DNA of 56,846 bases from NCBI GenBank assembly GCA_026770705.1, contig JANJGN010000189.1, positions 930,001-986,846 of the forward strand, in the 5' to 3' direction. A program made the translations under genes and the position numbers. Source of the stretch: Isurus oxyrinchus (lineage: Eukaryota). Of this stretch, positions 26,028 to 37,926 are shown in pieces. Under the pieces are notes generated by a model. It was not told the DNA's origin. It worked only from the letters and a program-made list of their open reading frames with translations, and made no database searches. Position 1 is the first letter of the stretch, and each line of letters opens with the position of its first letter.

Positions 26028-26167
26028 TCAAACAGTCTGTCGACTTCCTTTCACTGTTTGTCTCTCCCAGACACAGACTCCAGCGATAGTGATAACCACA
26101 GCCACAAGGAATATCACAGCTCGTATTCCCAGGATCAGGATCACGTGCAGAATCTCTCCTCCACTGT
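26028..26167 (-). CDS. Activating Siglec-like gene: TM + short cytoplasmic terminal exon
   Basis: Acceptor tgtgttctctag|AC (phase 1); DSGGEILHVILILGIRAVIFLVAVVITIAGVCVWERQTVKGSRQTV*. Hydrophobic helix with an internal Arg; frame not shown in the ORF track. Confidence 0.85.
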
Positions 26168-27288
26168 CTAGAGAACACACAGAAAGAAATCATCACTGAC
26201 TCTCCGCTTTCAATCTCTCACTCTGGCTGAACAATCAAGCTTCATATCACTGCAACATTTGCTGTAATATTGACCCATCCACTGGGATTCAATGTGGAAT
26301 GAATGTTTTCATTGTAAACACTCTAAGAGTGGACAATCGGAACTTTCTCCTTAGCGTGGAACATTGGTGAGAATGGATCATTGTGCTGTTGGACTCCCTG
26401 TCCAATGTTTCTCTCCATCGCTGTGTACAGGATTGTGCTGTAGAAAATTCTGGAAACCTTTAGTGCCGGGTGAAAATCCATCTCAGCCGTGTGTGCGAAT
26501 CGGGCAGTATCGGGATGGACTCCCCCACGGACTTACACCCCCCGCTTAATAAACAGTTCCAATCTTTACCCAGAGAGAGGGGAGAATATGGAACTCGCTC
26601 CCACAGGGAATGGTTGAGGTGAATAGTAGGAAATTAGGAAGTGAAATTGCTTGAAAAGCTTGGAGATGCAAGGGTTAAGTGTTACCATGCTACCACTGGT
26701 GGGAGAGTGTAACTACAGCGTGATGTTTACATAGGCAATCCCCATTATGAACAAGGACATTGGACATCATGTGAAAAATGGGCACTGGAAAGCTGAGAAC
26801 TTGATGTAAGCTTTTCAGCAACAGGAATTCCCTTCCTAAACCTCTCCACTTCCCTCTTACTCTCAGATACTCAAACAAAATTTCACACAAAATCACGTAA
26901 GGAGGAATTGGGACTGGTGACTGGTCAAAGAGTTAGATTTCAGGAAGGTTCTTAAAGTAGGATAGAGAGTTGGAGAGGCAGAGAGTATCTGTGAGTATCT
27001 CTGTGCATCTGAGTGTCTGTAATAGACTTTGCAATTTCCATATTCTTCCATAAATATGAAAGGGAACACAAATCCCAGAATCCAGGTCAACTCTCCGGTG
27101 CAGCACTGAGGGAGGTCAGGTAATCCACAGGGGAGTATGTGCTAGTGTGTTTGTTTGTGAGTGTGTCTTTGTGTGTGCTCATAGATGTGGGATTGTGTGT
27201 ATGCAGGTGTCTATTTAAGGCTGTATATTTATGTGTGTTTTTGTAGTGTTTCAATCTGAGAGAGATGTTGAAGTTTGTCTTAACTAAC

Positions 27289-27434
27289 GTTCCACAGTGA
27301 TGGTTATGAACCCCTCCACTGCTCCATGTTCATTCTCTGAGCACACTGATAGTCTCCAGTGTCCCTGGATGTAACGTGAGGAATCACCAACCACAGCTCA
27401 TTGTTGGAACTTGTTCTGTTCATTGTGATATTCA
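27289..27434 (-). pseudogene. Dead third Ig (C2/I-set) exon remnant
   Basis: NITMNRTSSNNELWLVIPHVTSRDTGDYQC-(1-nt deletion)-ENEHGAVEGFITITVE, donor C|GTTAGT; 5' half and acceptor missing. Confidence 0.8.
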
Positions 27435-27763
27435 GATGTCAGGACTGGACTCAACAAGACAGATTGCAGGTTTACCAACAGAAAGTGAACAACAATTTAT
27501 ATTTAAAGGGAAGAGAGTGCTGGTTAATCAGCAAGTGGTCTCTGATTGGAGGAGGTGTTGCCATGGAAAATAATGTGTGTGAGATGCAAAGTTTAGACAG
27601 CTTGTCTCTTCATTCAGCAACAATCAAATAAAGATCAGTTAACTTCTATCGACTGTGAAGCACTTTGAGAGGCATGAGAATGTGGACACTGAGAACGGGC
27701 TGCACTGTCAGACGGTCAGCGCTGAGGGAGTGCTGATGTAGAATGAAGGGTGTCCGTACTTAC

Positions 27764-28060
27764 CTTGCATAGTTAGTACGAGGGTCCGCTCCGATGAAAC
27801 AGATGGATATCTCACTCTGCAGCTGAGATTGTGTCTGTGGTGTTTGAGTGATGGGATCAGGGTCAGAACAGAAGTATAGGTCAGAGTGACACCATGCTGA
27901 GTTACAGTGTTTGAGACTGATCCAGGTACGTCAGTGGGAGTGTCCCAGGTTAAGACAGGTGCTGCTGTTCCATTGCACGTTGTGTTGAAGGTGCAGCTTA
28001 CATCCACACGCTTTCCTGCAATAATTTCAGCAGGGAATATCATGGGTTTATCTGTGAAAT
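27764..28060 (-). CDS. Activating Siglec-like gene: C2-set Ig exon (domain 2)
   Basis: Acceptor tgtctgttag|AT, donor CAAG|GTAAGT, 297 nt, phase 1-1; DFTDKP..SCTFNTTC..P.LTW..TSVLTLIPSLKHH..NLSCRV, the Siglec domain-2 pattern including the interdomain Cys. Confidence 0.92.
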
Positions 28061-28788
28061 CTAACAGACAGAGAATGGATCCTTTTAGAGAAATATAACG
28101 TGAAGCATCAGTTCAAATAGAAATCACAGTCCCACAAGAAAAAGCACTTTTACAAGGATGATATCAGATCTGAGAGGTTACAATGATTAGGAGAGAATTT
28201 CCTGCTTTGAGACTTTGGTGTTTCTGTCTCTCAGCTTAATACACGTTCACTCCGAGACACTTGAACTGATAATAGTGGGTGAGGGTGGTGGAGCAGACCA
28301 GAGTTTGGAGTGCACTAACCCATCAGTCCCTCAGCGATCTAGGCCATTTTTTACTTTGCAATTTGTGGGAGCTTGCTGTGCGCAAATTGGTTGCTGTGTT
28401 TCCCACATTACAATAGTAACTAAAATTCAGGAATCAGCTCATTGGCTGTGAAGTGATTTGGTCCGTGCTGAGGTGGTGAAAAGTGCTACAGAAATGTGAA
28501 TCTTTCTTCTGTCGCTAAGTCAGACTTCGAGACAGGATTAGAGAGATCGATGGGAGTGGATAACCTGATAACATTGATGGACACAGTCAATACATTTAAT
28601 CATTGATATTAAAGTGAGTATTAGAGGTTGCTTTAGGAGTGAACTGGAAGCTATCACCAGGTTATTGAGAATCAGACAGTGTGTTATAATAAGCTGTGTT
28701 TTGTGTTAATATGTAAACGTCACAGTTTGTGTTGTTTCCCATTGAGTGTTGAATGTGAATTGTTGAGTAATTATAACACAGCACTTAC

Positions 28789-29154
28789 CAGAAACGTGAA
28801 CCTGGGTTACAGGGTAATAGTTATAGCTCGGACCATTGTCAAATTCTATTCTGAAAAAATAAGGTCCTGCATCTTCCCATGTGATGTTGTTTATAATCAG
28901 GGAACAGTCGCCATCTTTCAGGTCTCCAGACAGCCGGGTCCGATGGTGGAACCGTGGTAACTCGTGACTGTGATCCTTGGAGTGAAAGGCTATAGACGAT
29001 GTTCTCCATTCCTCATTATTAAGCCAGACTCCACGTCGCGGTTGGTTTTCCAGACATGATGGATAACTATAATGACATGGAATCTGTACACAGGAACCTT
29101 CCTGCACTGTCACCTCTCGTGGAGTGTCACCTTTCCACTCTTGTGAGGGTTCAG
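28789..29154 (-). CDS. Siglec V-set exon V4 (nearest C2)
   Basis: ctccccag|CT...TCTG|GTAAGT, 366 nt open; GSCVQIPC..W..RTRLSGDLKDGDCSL..EDAGPYFFRIE with the essential Arg. Confidence 0.93.
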
Positions 29155-31090
29155 CTGGGGAGAGAAATCTCAATATTTAACTCTGAATGGTTTGTGGATC
29201 CACTGAACCCGATATTTACAGATGAGGCTGAATTGGGGGGATGGTCAATACTGAGGAGAATGGCAATAAATTATATTGTCAGGAAGAATAGAAAAACAGG
29301 ATATAATTTAAATGGTGACAGGCTGCAGTATGCAGTACAGAGGGATCTGGGTGTCCTTGTACATGAATCACAGAAAGTCAGCATTCAGGAACAACACGGA
29401 ATGAGGAAGGCAAGTGGAATGTTGGCCTTTATTGCAAAAGGATGGAGTATAAAAGGAGGGAAGTCTTGCAACAGCTACACAGGGCGTTAGTGAGATTGTA
29501 ACAGGATCATTGTGTACAGGCAGTTCAGAGAAGCTTCACTGGGCTGATTCCTGGGATTAAAGGGTTTGTCCTGTGAGGAAATGTTGAGCAGGTTGGGCCT
29601 GTATCCATTGGAGTTTAGAAGAATGAGGGGTGACCTTATTGAAACATATCCGATTCCGAGGGGGCTTGACAGGGTGGATGCTGGGAGGATGTTTCCCCCT
29701 CGTGGGGGAATCTAGAACCAGGGAGCACAGTTTCAGAATGAGGGCTCTCCCATTTAAGACTGAGATGAGGAGGAATTTCCTCTCTCAGAGGGGCGCTAGC
29801 CTGTGGAATTCTCTTCCCCAGAGAGCAGTGGAGGCTGGGCCATTGAATAGACTCAAGGCTGAGTGAGGCAGGTTTTTGATCGACAAGAGAGTCAAGGGTT
29901 TGGGGGACAGGCAGGAAAATGGAGTTAAGGCCACAACCAGATCAGTGAGAGCAGGCTGGAGGGGCCGAATGGCCTGCTCCTGTCCCTATTTCTTATGTTC
30001 CTACATTCTTACCTTCTTAAAATATTAAAGCTGCAGAAAAAACATGCAAGTGACTGACCCGCTCGACCCACTTTCCATCTGGGGGTCCCATGGGGAGGAC
30101 CCTTCCTGAGCCAGATCCACCAGCCAACATGGTCTGGATCCGAGCACAGGAGACACGGGGGGGGAGTGACTAACAGGCTCCTTGTGACAGGCCCCGTCTG
30201 TCCAATGGCTGGCTTTCAGCTGCCAAGGCCAGAGTTGTCCTTGCTAAAACCGGCTCAGGACAGGCCAGGACCCCTGTGCAGACCCCCTCCAGCGCTGCAG
30301 CCTCTGTACAAACCCCTCATGCGCTTGTGGAGAGACACAAACAAGGCTGCTCATTACCGAGGAGAATCCCCTCTACAGACTAAGGTGCTGACTCATCACC
30401 CTAAACTCGGCAAATGAGGAGGCTCTCGCTCGGTATCGGGGCTTGGCATTCGCTCAATAAAAATAATCAAATGACATTTTGGTCAGAAATCTAAGGAGGT
30501 TGTACATTCCCTCAAAAATAAGACTCGATCTGGGGTCGAGAGTCAAAGGGCAACAACTTATATTTTCACAACAACTTTAACATGACAAATCACCTCAAGG
30601 TGCTACACAGGAGCGTCATAAAACAAAGTATGTCACCCAGACACGTGTAGATATTAGCGACAGCTGACCAGAAGAGGTCGGTGTTATGGAGAGACAGAGA
30701 GAAAGAGACAGAGAGAGAGAGAGAGAGAGGGAGAGGAAGAGGGAGAGGGAGAGGTTTAGGGTGGGAAGTCTAGGGTGGTGAAAGGCGCTGTAGAAATGTA
30801 AATCTTTCTTCTGTCGATATGTCAGACTTCAAGACAGGATTTGAGAGATTGATGGGAGTGGATAAACTGATAACATTGATAGACACAGTCAACACATTTA
30901 ATCATTGATATTAAAGTGAGTATTAGACATTGCTTTAGGACTGAACTGGAAGCTATCACCAGGTTATTGAGAATCAGACAGTGTGTTATAATAAACTGTG
31001 TTTTGTGTTAATATGTAAACGTCACAGTTTGTGTTAATTCCCATTGAGTGTTGAATGTGAATTGTTGAGTAATTATAACACAGCACTTAC

Positions 31091-31459
31091 CAGAAACGTG
31101 AAGCTGGGTTACAGGGTAATAGTTATGGCTCGGACCATTGTCAAATTCTATTCTGAAAAAATAAGGTCCTGCATCTTCCCGTCTGATGTTGTTTATAATC
31201 AGGGAACAGTCGCCATCTTTCAGGTCTCCAGACAGCCGGGTCCGATGGCGGAACCGTGGTAACTCGTGACTGTGATCCTTGGAGTGAAAGGCAATGGGAG
31301 CCCAGGGAATCTGTTTCTCATTATTAAACCAGAGTCCACCTCGCGTTTGGTTTTCCAGACACGATGGATAACTGTAATGACATGGAATCTGTATACACGA
31401 ACCTTCCTGAGCTGTCACCTCTCGTGGAGTGTCACCTTTCCACTCTTGTGACAGTCCAA
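31091..31459 (-). CDS. Siglec V-set exon V3
   Basis: 369 nt open, phase 1-1, canonical AG/GTAAGT, YFFRIE. Confidence 0.93.
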
Positions 31460-33375
31460 CTGGGGAGAGAAATCTCAATATTTATCTCTGGATGGTTTGT
31501 GGATCCACTAGACTCAAAATTTACAGATGAGGCTGAATTGGGGGGATGGTCAATACTGAGGAGAATGGCAACAAATTATTTTGGCAGGAAGAATAGAAAA
31601 ACAGGATATTATTTAAATGGAGACAGGCTGCAGAATGCAGTACAGAGGGATCTGGGTGTCCTTGTACATGAATCACAGAAAGTCAGCATTCAGGAACACC
31701 ACGGAATGAGGAAGGCAAGTGGAATGTTGGCCTTTATTGCAAAGGGATGGAGTATAAAAGGAGGGAAGTCTTGCAACAGCTGCACAGGGCGTTAGTGAGA
31801 TTGTAACAGGATCATTGTGTACAGGCAGTTCAGAGAAGCTTCACTGGGCTGATTCCTGGGATTAAAGGGTTTGTCCTGTGAGGAAATGTTGAGCAGGTTG
31901 GGCCTGTATCCATTGGAGTTTAGAAGAATGAGGGGTGACCTTATTGAAACATATCCGATTCCGAGGGGGCTTGACAGGGTGGATGCTGGGAGGATGTTTC
32001 CCCCTCGTGGGGGAATCTAGAACCAGGGAGCACAGTTTCGGAATGAGGGCTCTCCCATTTAAGACTGAGATGAGGAGGAATTTCCTCTCTCAGAGGGGCG
32101 CTAGCCTGTGGAATTCTCTTCCCCAGAGAGCAGTGGAGGCTGGGCCATTGAATAGACTCAAGGCTGAGTGAGGCAGGTTTTTGATCGACAAGAGAGTCAA
32201 GGGTTTGGGGGACAGGCAGGAAAATGGAGTTAAGGCCACAACCAGATCAGTGAGAGCAGGCTGGAGGGGCTGAATGGCCTGCTCCTGTCCCTATTTCTTA
32301 TGATCCTACATTCTTACCTTCTTAAAATATTAAAGCAGCAGAATAAACATGCAAGTGAATGACCCGCTCGACCCACTTTCCATCTGGGGGTCCCATGGGG
32401 AGGACCCTTCCTGAGCCAGATCCACCAGCCAACATGGTCTGGATCCGAGCACAGGAGACACGGGGGGGGAGTGACTAACAGGCTCCTTGTGACAGGCCCC
32501 GTCTGTCCAATGGCTGGCTTTCAGCTGCCAAGGCCAGAGTTGTCCTTGCTAAAACCAGCTCAGGACAGGCCAGGACCCCTGTGCAGACCCCCTCCAGCGC
32601 TGCAGCCTCTGTACAAACCCCTCATGCGCTTGTGGAGAGACACAAACAAGGCTGCTCATTACCGAGGAGAATCCCCTCTACAGACTAAGGTGCTGACTCA
32701 TCACCCTAAACTCGGCAAATGAGGAGGCTCTCGCTCGGTATCGGGGCTTGGCATTCGCTCAATAAAAATAATCAAATGACATTTTGGTCAGAAATCTAAG
32801 GAGGTTGTACATTCCCTCAAAAATAAGACTCAAGCTGGGGTCGAGAGTCAAAGGGCAACAACTTATATTTTCACAACAACTTTAACATGACAAATCACCC
32901 CAAGGTGCTACACAGGAGCGTCATAAAACAAAGTATGTCACGCAGACATATGTGGAGATATTAGCGACAGCTGACCAGAAGAGGTCGGTGTTATGGAGAG
33001 ACAGAGATAAAGAGACAGAGAGAGAGAGAGAGGGAGAGGTTTAGGGTGGGAACTCTAGGGTGGTGAAAGGCGCTGTAGAAATGTAAATCTTTCTTCTGTC
33101 GATATGTCAGACTTCAAGACAGGATTTGAGAGATTGATGGGAGTGGATAAACTGATAACATTGATAGACACAGTCAACACATTTAATTATTGATATTAAA
33201 GTGAGTATTAGAGGTTGTTTTAGGACTGAACTGGAAGCTATCACCAGGTTATTGAGAATCAGACAGTGTGTTATAATAACCTGTGTTTTGTGTTAATATG
33301 TAAACGTCACAGATTGTGTTATTTCCCATTGAGTGTTGAATGTGAATTGTTGAGTAATTATAACACAGCACTTAC

Positions 33376-33744
33376 CAGAAACGTGAAGCTGGGTTACAGG
33401 GTAATAGTTATGTCTCGGACCATTGTCAAATTCTATTCTGAAAAAATAAGGTCCTGCATCTTCCCGTCTGATGTTGTTTATAATCAGGGAACAGTCGCCA
33501 TCTTTCAGGTCTCCAGACAGCCGGGTCCGATGGCGGAACCGTGGTAACTCGTGACTGTGATCCTTGGAGTGAAAGGCAATGGGAGCCCAGGGAATCTGTT
33601 TCTCATTATTAAACCAGAGTCCACCTCGCGGTTGGTTTTCCAGACACGATGGATAACTGTAATGACATGGAATCTGTACACAGGAACCTTCCTGAGCTGT
33701 CACCTCTCGTGGAGTGTCACCTTTCCACTCTTGTGACAGTCCAA
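33376..33744 (-). CDS. Siglec V-set exon V2
   Basis: 369 nt open, phase 1-1, canonical AG/GTAAGT, YFFRIE; three amino-acid differences from V3. Confidence 0.93.
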
Positions 33745-35289
33745 CTGGGGAGAGAAATCTCAATATTTATCTCTGGATGGCTTGTGGATCCACTAGACTC
33801 AAAATTTACAGATGAGGCTGAATTGGGGGGATGGTCAATACTGAGGAGAATGGCAACAAATTATTTTGGCAGGAAGAATAGAAAATCAGAATATTATTTA
33901 ACTGGAGACAGGCTGCAGAATGCAGTACAGAGGGATCTGGGTGTCCTTGTACATGAATCACAGAAAGTCAGCATTCAGGAACACCACAGAATGAGGAAGG
34001 CAAGTGGAATGTTGGCCTTTATTGCAAAGGGATGGAGTATAAAAGGAGGGAAGTCTTGCAACAGCTGCACAGGGCGTTAGTGAGATTGTAACAGGATCAT
34101 TGTGTACAGGCAGTTCAGAGAAGCTTCACTGGGCTGATTCCTGGGATTAAAGGGTTTGTCCTGTGAGGAAATGTTGAGCAGGTTGGGCCTGTATCCATTG
34201 GAGTTTAGAAGAATGAGGGGTGACCTTATTGAAACATATCCAATTCCGAGGGGGCTTGACAGGGTGGATGCTGGGAGGATGTTTCCCCCTCGTGGGGGAA
34301 TCTAGAACCAGGGAGCACAGTTTCGGAATGAGGACTCTCCCATTTAAGACTGAGATGAGGAGGAATTTCCTCTCTCAGAGGGGCGCTAGCCTGTGGAATT
34401 CCCTTCCCCAGAGAGCAGTGGAGGCTGGGCCATTGAATAGACTCAAGGCTGAGTGAGGCAGGTTTTTGATCGACAAGGGAGTCAAGGGTTTGGGGGACAG
34501 GCAGGAAAATGGAGTTAAGGCCACAACCAGATCAGCGAGGGCAGGCTCGAGGGGCCGAATGGCCTGCTCCTGTCCCTATTTCTTATGTTCCTACATTCTT
34601 ACCTTCTTAAAATATTAAAGCTGCAGAATAAACATGCAAGTGACTGACCCGCTCGACCCACCTTCCATCTGGGGGTCCCATGGGGAGGACCCTTCCTGAG
34701 CCAGATCCACCAGCCAACATGGTCTGGATCCGAGCACAGGAGACACGGGGGGGAGTGACTAACAGGCTCCTTGTGACAGGCCCTGTCTGTCCAATGGCTG
34801 GCTTTCAGCTGCCAAGGCCAGAGTGGTCCTTGCTAAAACCGGCTCAGGACAGGCCAGGACCCCTGTGCAGACGCCCTCCAGCGCTGCAGCCTCTGTACAA
34901 ACCCCTCATGCGCTTGTGGAGAGACACAAACAAGGCTGCACATTACCGAGGAGAATCCCCTCTACAGACTAAGGTGCTGACTCATCACCCTAAACTCAGC
35001 AAATGAGGAGGCTCTCGCTCGGTATCGGGGCTTGGCTTTGGCTCAATAAAAATAATCAAATGACACTTTGGTCAGAAATCTAAGCAGGTTGTACATTCCC
35101 TCAAAAATAAGACTCAATCTGGGGTCGAGGGTCAAAGGGCAACAACTTATATTTTCACAACAACTTTAACATGACAAATCACCCCAAGGTGCTACACAGG
35201 AGCGTCATAAAACAAAGTATGTCACGCAGACACATGTGGAGATATTAGCGACAGCTGACCAGAAGGGATCGGTGTTATGGAGAAACTTA

Positions 35290-36890
35290 AAAGAGGGATG
35301 AAATGGTTAGTGAGAGAGAGAGAGTGAGTGTGAGGGATGGAGAGGGCTTAAGGGAGGGTATTACGGAGCTCGGTCCCCAGGCAGCTGAAGGCATGGCCAC
35401 CGATGTTAGAGTGTTGAGATCGGGGGATGGTCAAGATACTGGAATTGGAGGAGCGCAGAGACCTCTGAAGGTTGGTGGGTCTGGAGGAGGTTACAGAGAT
35501 AGGGAGGGTTGTAGGGGCTGGAGGAGGTTACAGAGATAGCGAGGTTTGTAGTGATTGGAGGAGTTATAGCGATAGGGAGGTTTGTAGGGGCTGGAAAAGT
35601 TAAGAGAGATTGGGAGAGTGTAGGGTCTGGAGGAGTTTGCAGAGGTCGGGAGGGTTGTAGTGACTGGGGCAGGTTACAGGGGCAGGGAAAGTTGTCGGGA
35701 CTGGAGCAGGCTACAGAGATAGGGAAGCTTTTAGGGGCAGGAGGAAGTTACAGAAATAGGGAGGTTTGTAGTGGCTGGAGGAGGTTGCAGAGATTGGTAG
35801 GTTTGTTGGGCAGGATGAATTTACAGATATAGGGAAGCGGTAGAGGCTTGAAGAGGTTACAGAGAATGGGAGGGTTGTAGGTACTGGAGGAGGACAAGGA
35901 GATTACAGAGATAGTGAGGAAACAAAGATGAAAATTTGGACATTGAGACTTTGCTTGACCAGGAGCCAGTCTCGGTCATCGAGCAGAGCGGGTGATAAGG
36001 GAACGGGACTTGGTGTGAGTAAGGACGTGGTCAGCAGTTTTGGATGGCCTCAAGTTTATGGAGTGTAGAGCGTGTGTTGGAACAGTCGAGACTGGAGGTA
36101 ATGAAGGCGTGGATGAGGGTTTCAGCAGCAGATGAGCTGAGACAGGGTGACGTCGTGCGATGTTACGGAGGTGGAAATAGACGGTGTTAGTGAGGGTGCA
36201 GATAGGAGGCCGGAAGCTCATCTCAGGATCAAATGGGACAACAAAGCTGTGAACAGATTGGCTTCAATCTCAGAGAGCTGCCAAGGAGAGGAATGGAGTT
36301 GGTAGCGAGGGAACAGAGTTTGGAGCGGGGAATGAAGACAATGGCTTCAGTCTTTCCAATATTTAATTGGAGGGAATTTCTGCCCATCCAGTACTGGATG
36401 TCGGATAAGCAGCCTGATAATTTAGCAGCAGTGGAGGAGTCGAGAGAGGTGGTGGTGAGGTAGAGCTGGGCATCCTCAGTGGACAGGTGAAAACTAACAC
36501 TGTTCAGATGATGCTGCAAAGCCATTGCAAGTGATTCTCTGGCTACGATGAGATGGATAAGAATGGAGCCAGGGGAGAGCAGTCCCACCCAGCTGGACGA
36601 CAGTGGAGAGGTGTTGGAGGAGGATGGTGTCGTCGAGCGTGTCAAAGGCTGCAGACAGATCGAGAAGGACGAGGAGGGAAAGTTGACCTTTGTCACAGTC
36701 ACACAGGATGCCATTTGTGACCTTGATAAGAGCTGTTTCAGCACAGTGGCTGGGGTGGGAACCTGATTGGAGGGATTCAAACATGGAGTTCCGGGAAAGA
36801 TGGGAACAGATTCGGGAGATGGAAACAGGTTGCAGGACTTTGGAGGGGAAAGAGAGGCTGGAGATGGGACGGGGGTTTACACGGACAGTG
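35290..36890 (-). mobile_element. L2-clade LINE RT/3' fragment with internal 37-bp minisatellite
   Basis: ESLQSG..HCAETALIKVTN..LLVLLDLSAAFDT; LQLNIGKTEAIVF; frameshifted. Confidence 0.9.
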
Positions 36891-37148
36891 TGAGGGGTGG
36901 AAGGTGTAGTGGGGAGGAGACACTTCACTCAGGGGGGAGGTGTCATCACCCCTCAGCTCGGTTTATGTTACAGCTATGATGTGGATTCAATCACACACAA
37001 TAAGCTTATGGATCTGGGAGCAGAAATAGACAAATCATTAAAAATAGTGGCGCTGGTTAACACGGCCAAAAAACAAGCAAATCAAACACTATTATTTCCC
37101 ATTGAGTGTTGGATGTGAATTGTTGAGTAATTATAACACAGCACTTAC

Positions 37149-37523
37149 CAGAAACGTGAAGCTGGGTTTCAGGACGGTCGTTGTATCTATTCCTGTTGTC
37201 AAATTCTAGGCTGAATAAATAATATCCTGCATCTTCCCGTCTGATGTTGTTTATAATCAGGGAACAGTCGCCATCTTTCAGGTCTCCAGACAGCCGGGTC
37301 CGATGGTGGAACTGTGGTAACTCGCGATTATGATCCTTGGAGTGAAAGGCTATAGACCGTTCATTCCATTTTTCCCAATTCCTTCTCATATACCAGATTC
37401 CGACTGGTGATCTCGCTACTAAATATGATGGATAACTGTAATTACATGGAATCTGTACACACGAACCTTCCTGCGCTGTCACCTCTCCTGGAGTGTCACC
37501 TTTCCACACTTGTGATAGTCCAA
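37149..37523 (-). CDS. Siglec V-set exon V1 (divergent; essential Arg replaced by Ser)
   Basis: ctccctag|TT...TCTG|GTAAGT, 375 nt open; GSCVQIPC..GDCSL..EDAGYYLFSLE. Confidence 0.92.
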
Positions 37524-37926
37524 CTAGGGAGAGAAATATCAATATTTAACTCTGAATGTTTTCTCAATCCACTAGACTCAATATCCGCCCCGTCCATCAC
37601 TGGGGCACACAGGCTGCAGTCTGGATAATCCACAGGTCACACAATGAATGCCCCAAGGTTTCACAACAGATTGAAGAGAATTCCGGACACAGGAGTGGAC
37701 AAGTTCATTCTAAATTGGCTCATGACCCTCAGGTACCTATTTAGTGAAGTCAGTCTGCCACCCAACACAGTGTCTACAAGACACACTAATTGAAGTGACT
37801 TCACTGCTGATTTACAACGTAGGACAATGGATTAGGAGCCTTCAGAATTCCCCCATTATCACCATCATGAATCATGAATTGGCCTAGCTGTCCTAGATCC
37901 TCAGTGTCTAAGGCAGTGGTTCCTAT

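Larger units (their letters stand above)
28470..35280. repeat. Three ~2.3-kb tandem duplication units, each holding one V exon and a CR1 fragment
   Basis: V exon ends at 28789, 31091 and 33376 (periods 2302 and 2285); near-identical non-coding ORFs at 29630/31935/34220 and 30166/32471/34680. Confidence 0.95.

Noticed and set aside
30166-35006. Triplicated 83-108 aa plus-strand ORFs as a gene family
   Set aside because: Similar only because they lie in the recent 2.3-kb duplication units; intronic, antisense, no known domain.
28670-37600. V exons as RAG-rearranging (Ig/TCR/IgNAR-like) segments
   Set aside because: Each V is complete through the G strand and ends in a splice donor. I saw no CACAGTG-12/23-ACAAAAACC signal or J segment (the nearest look-alike has a 16-bp spacer and a poor heptamer), and the Cys pattern is Siglec-type.
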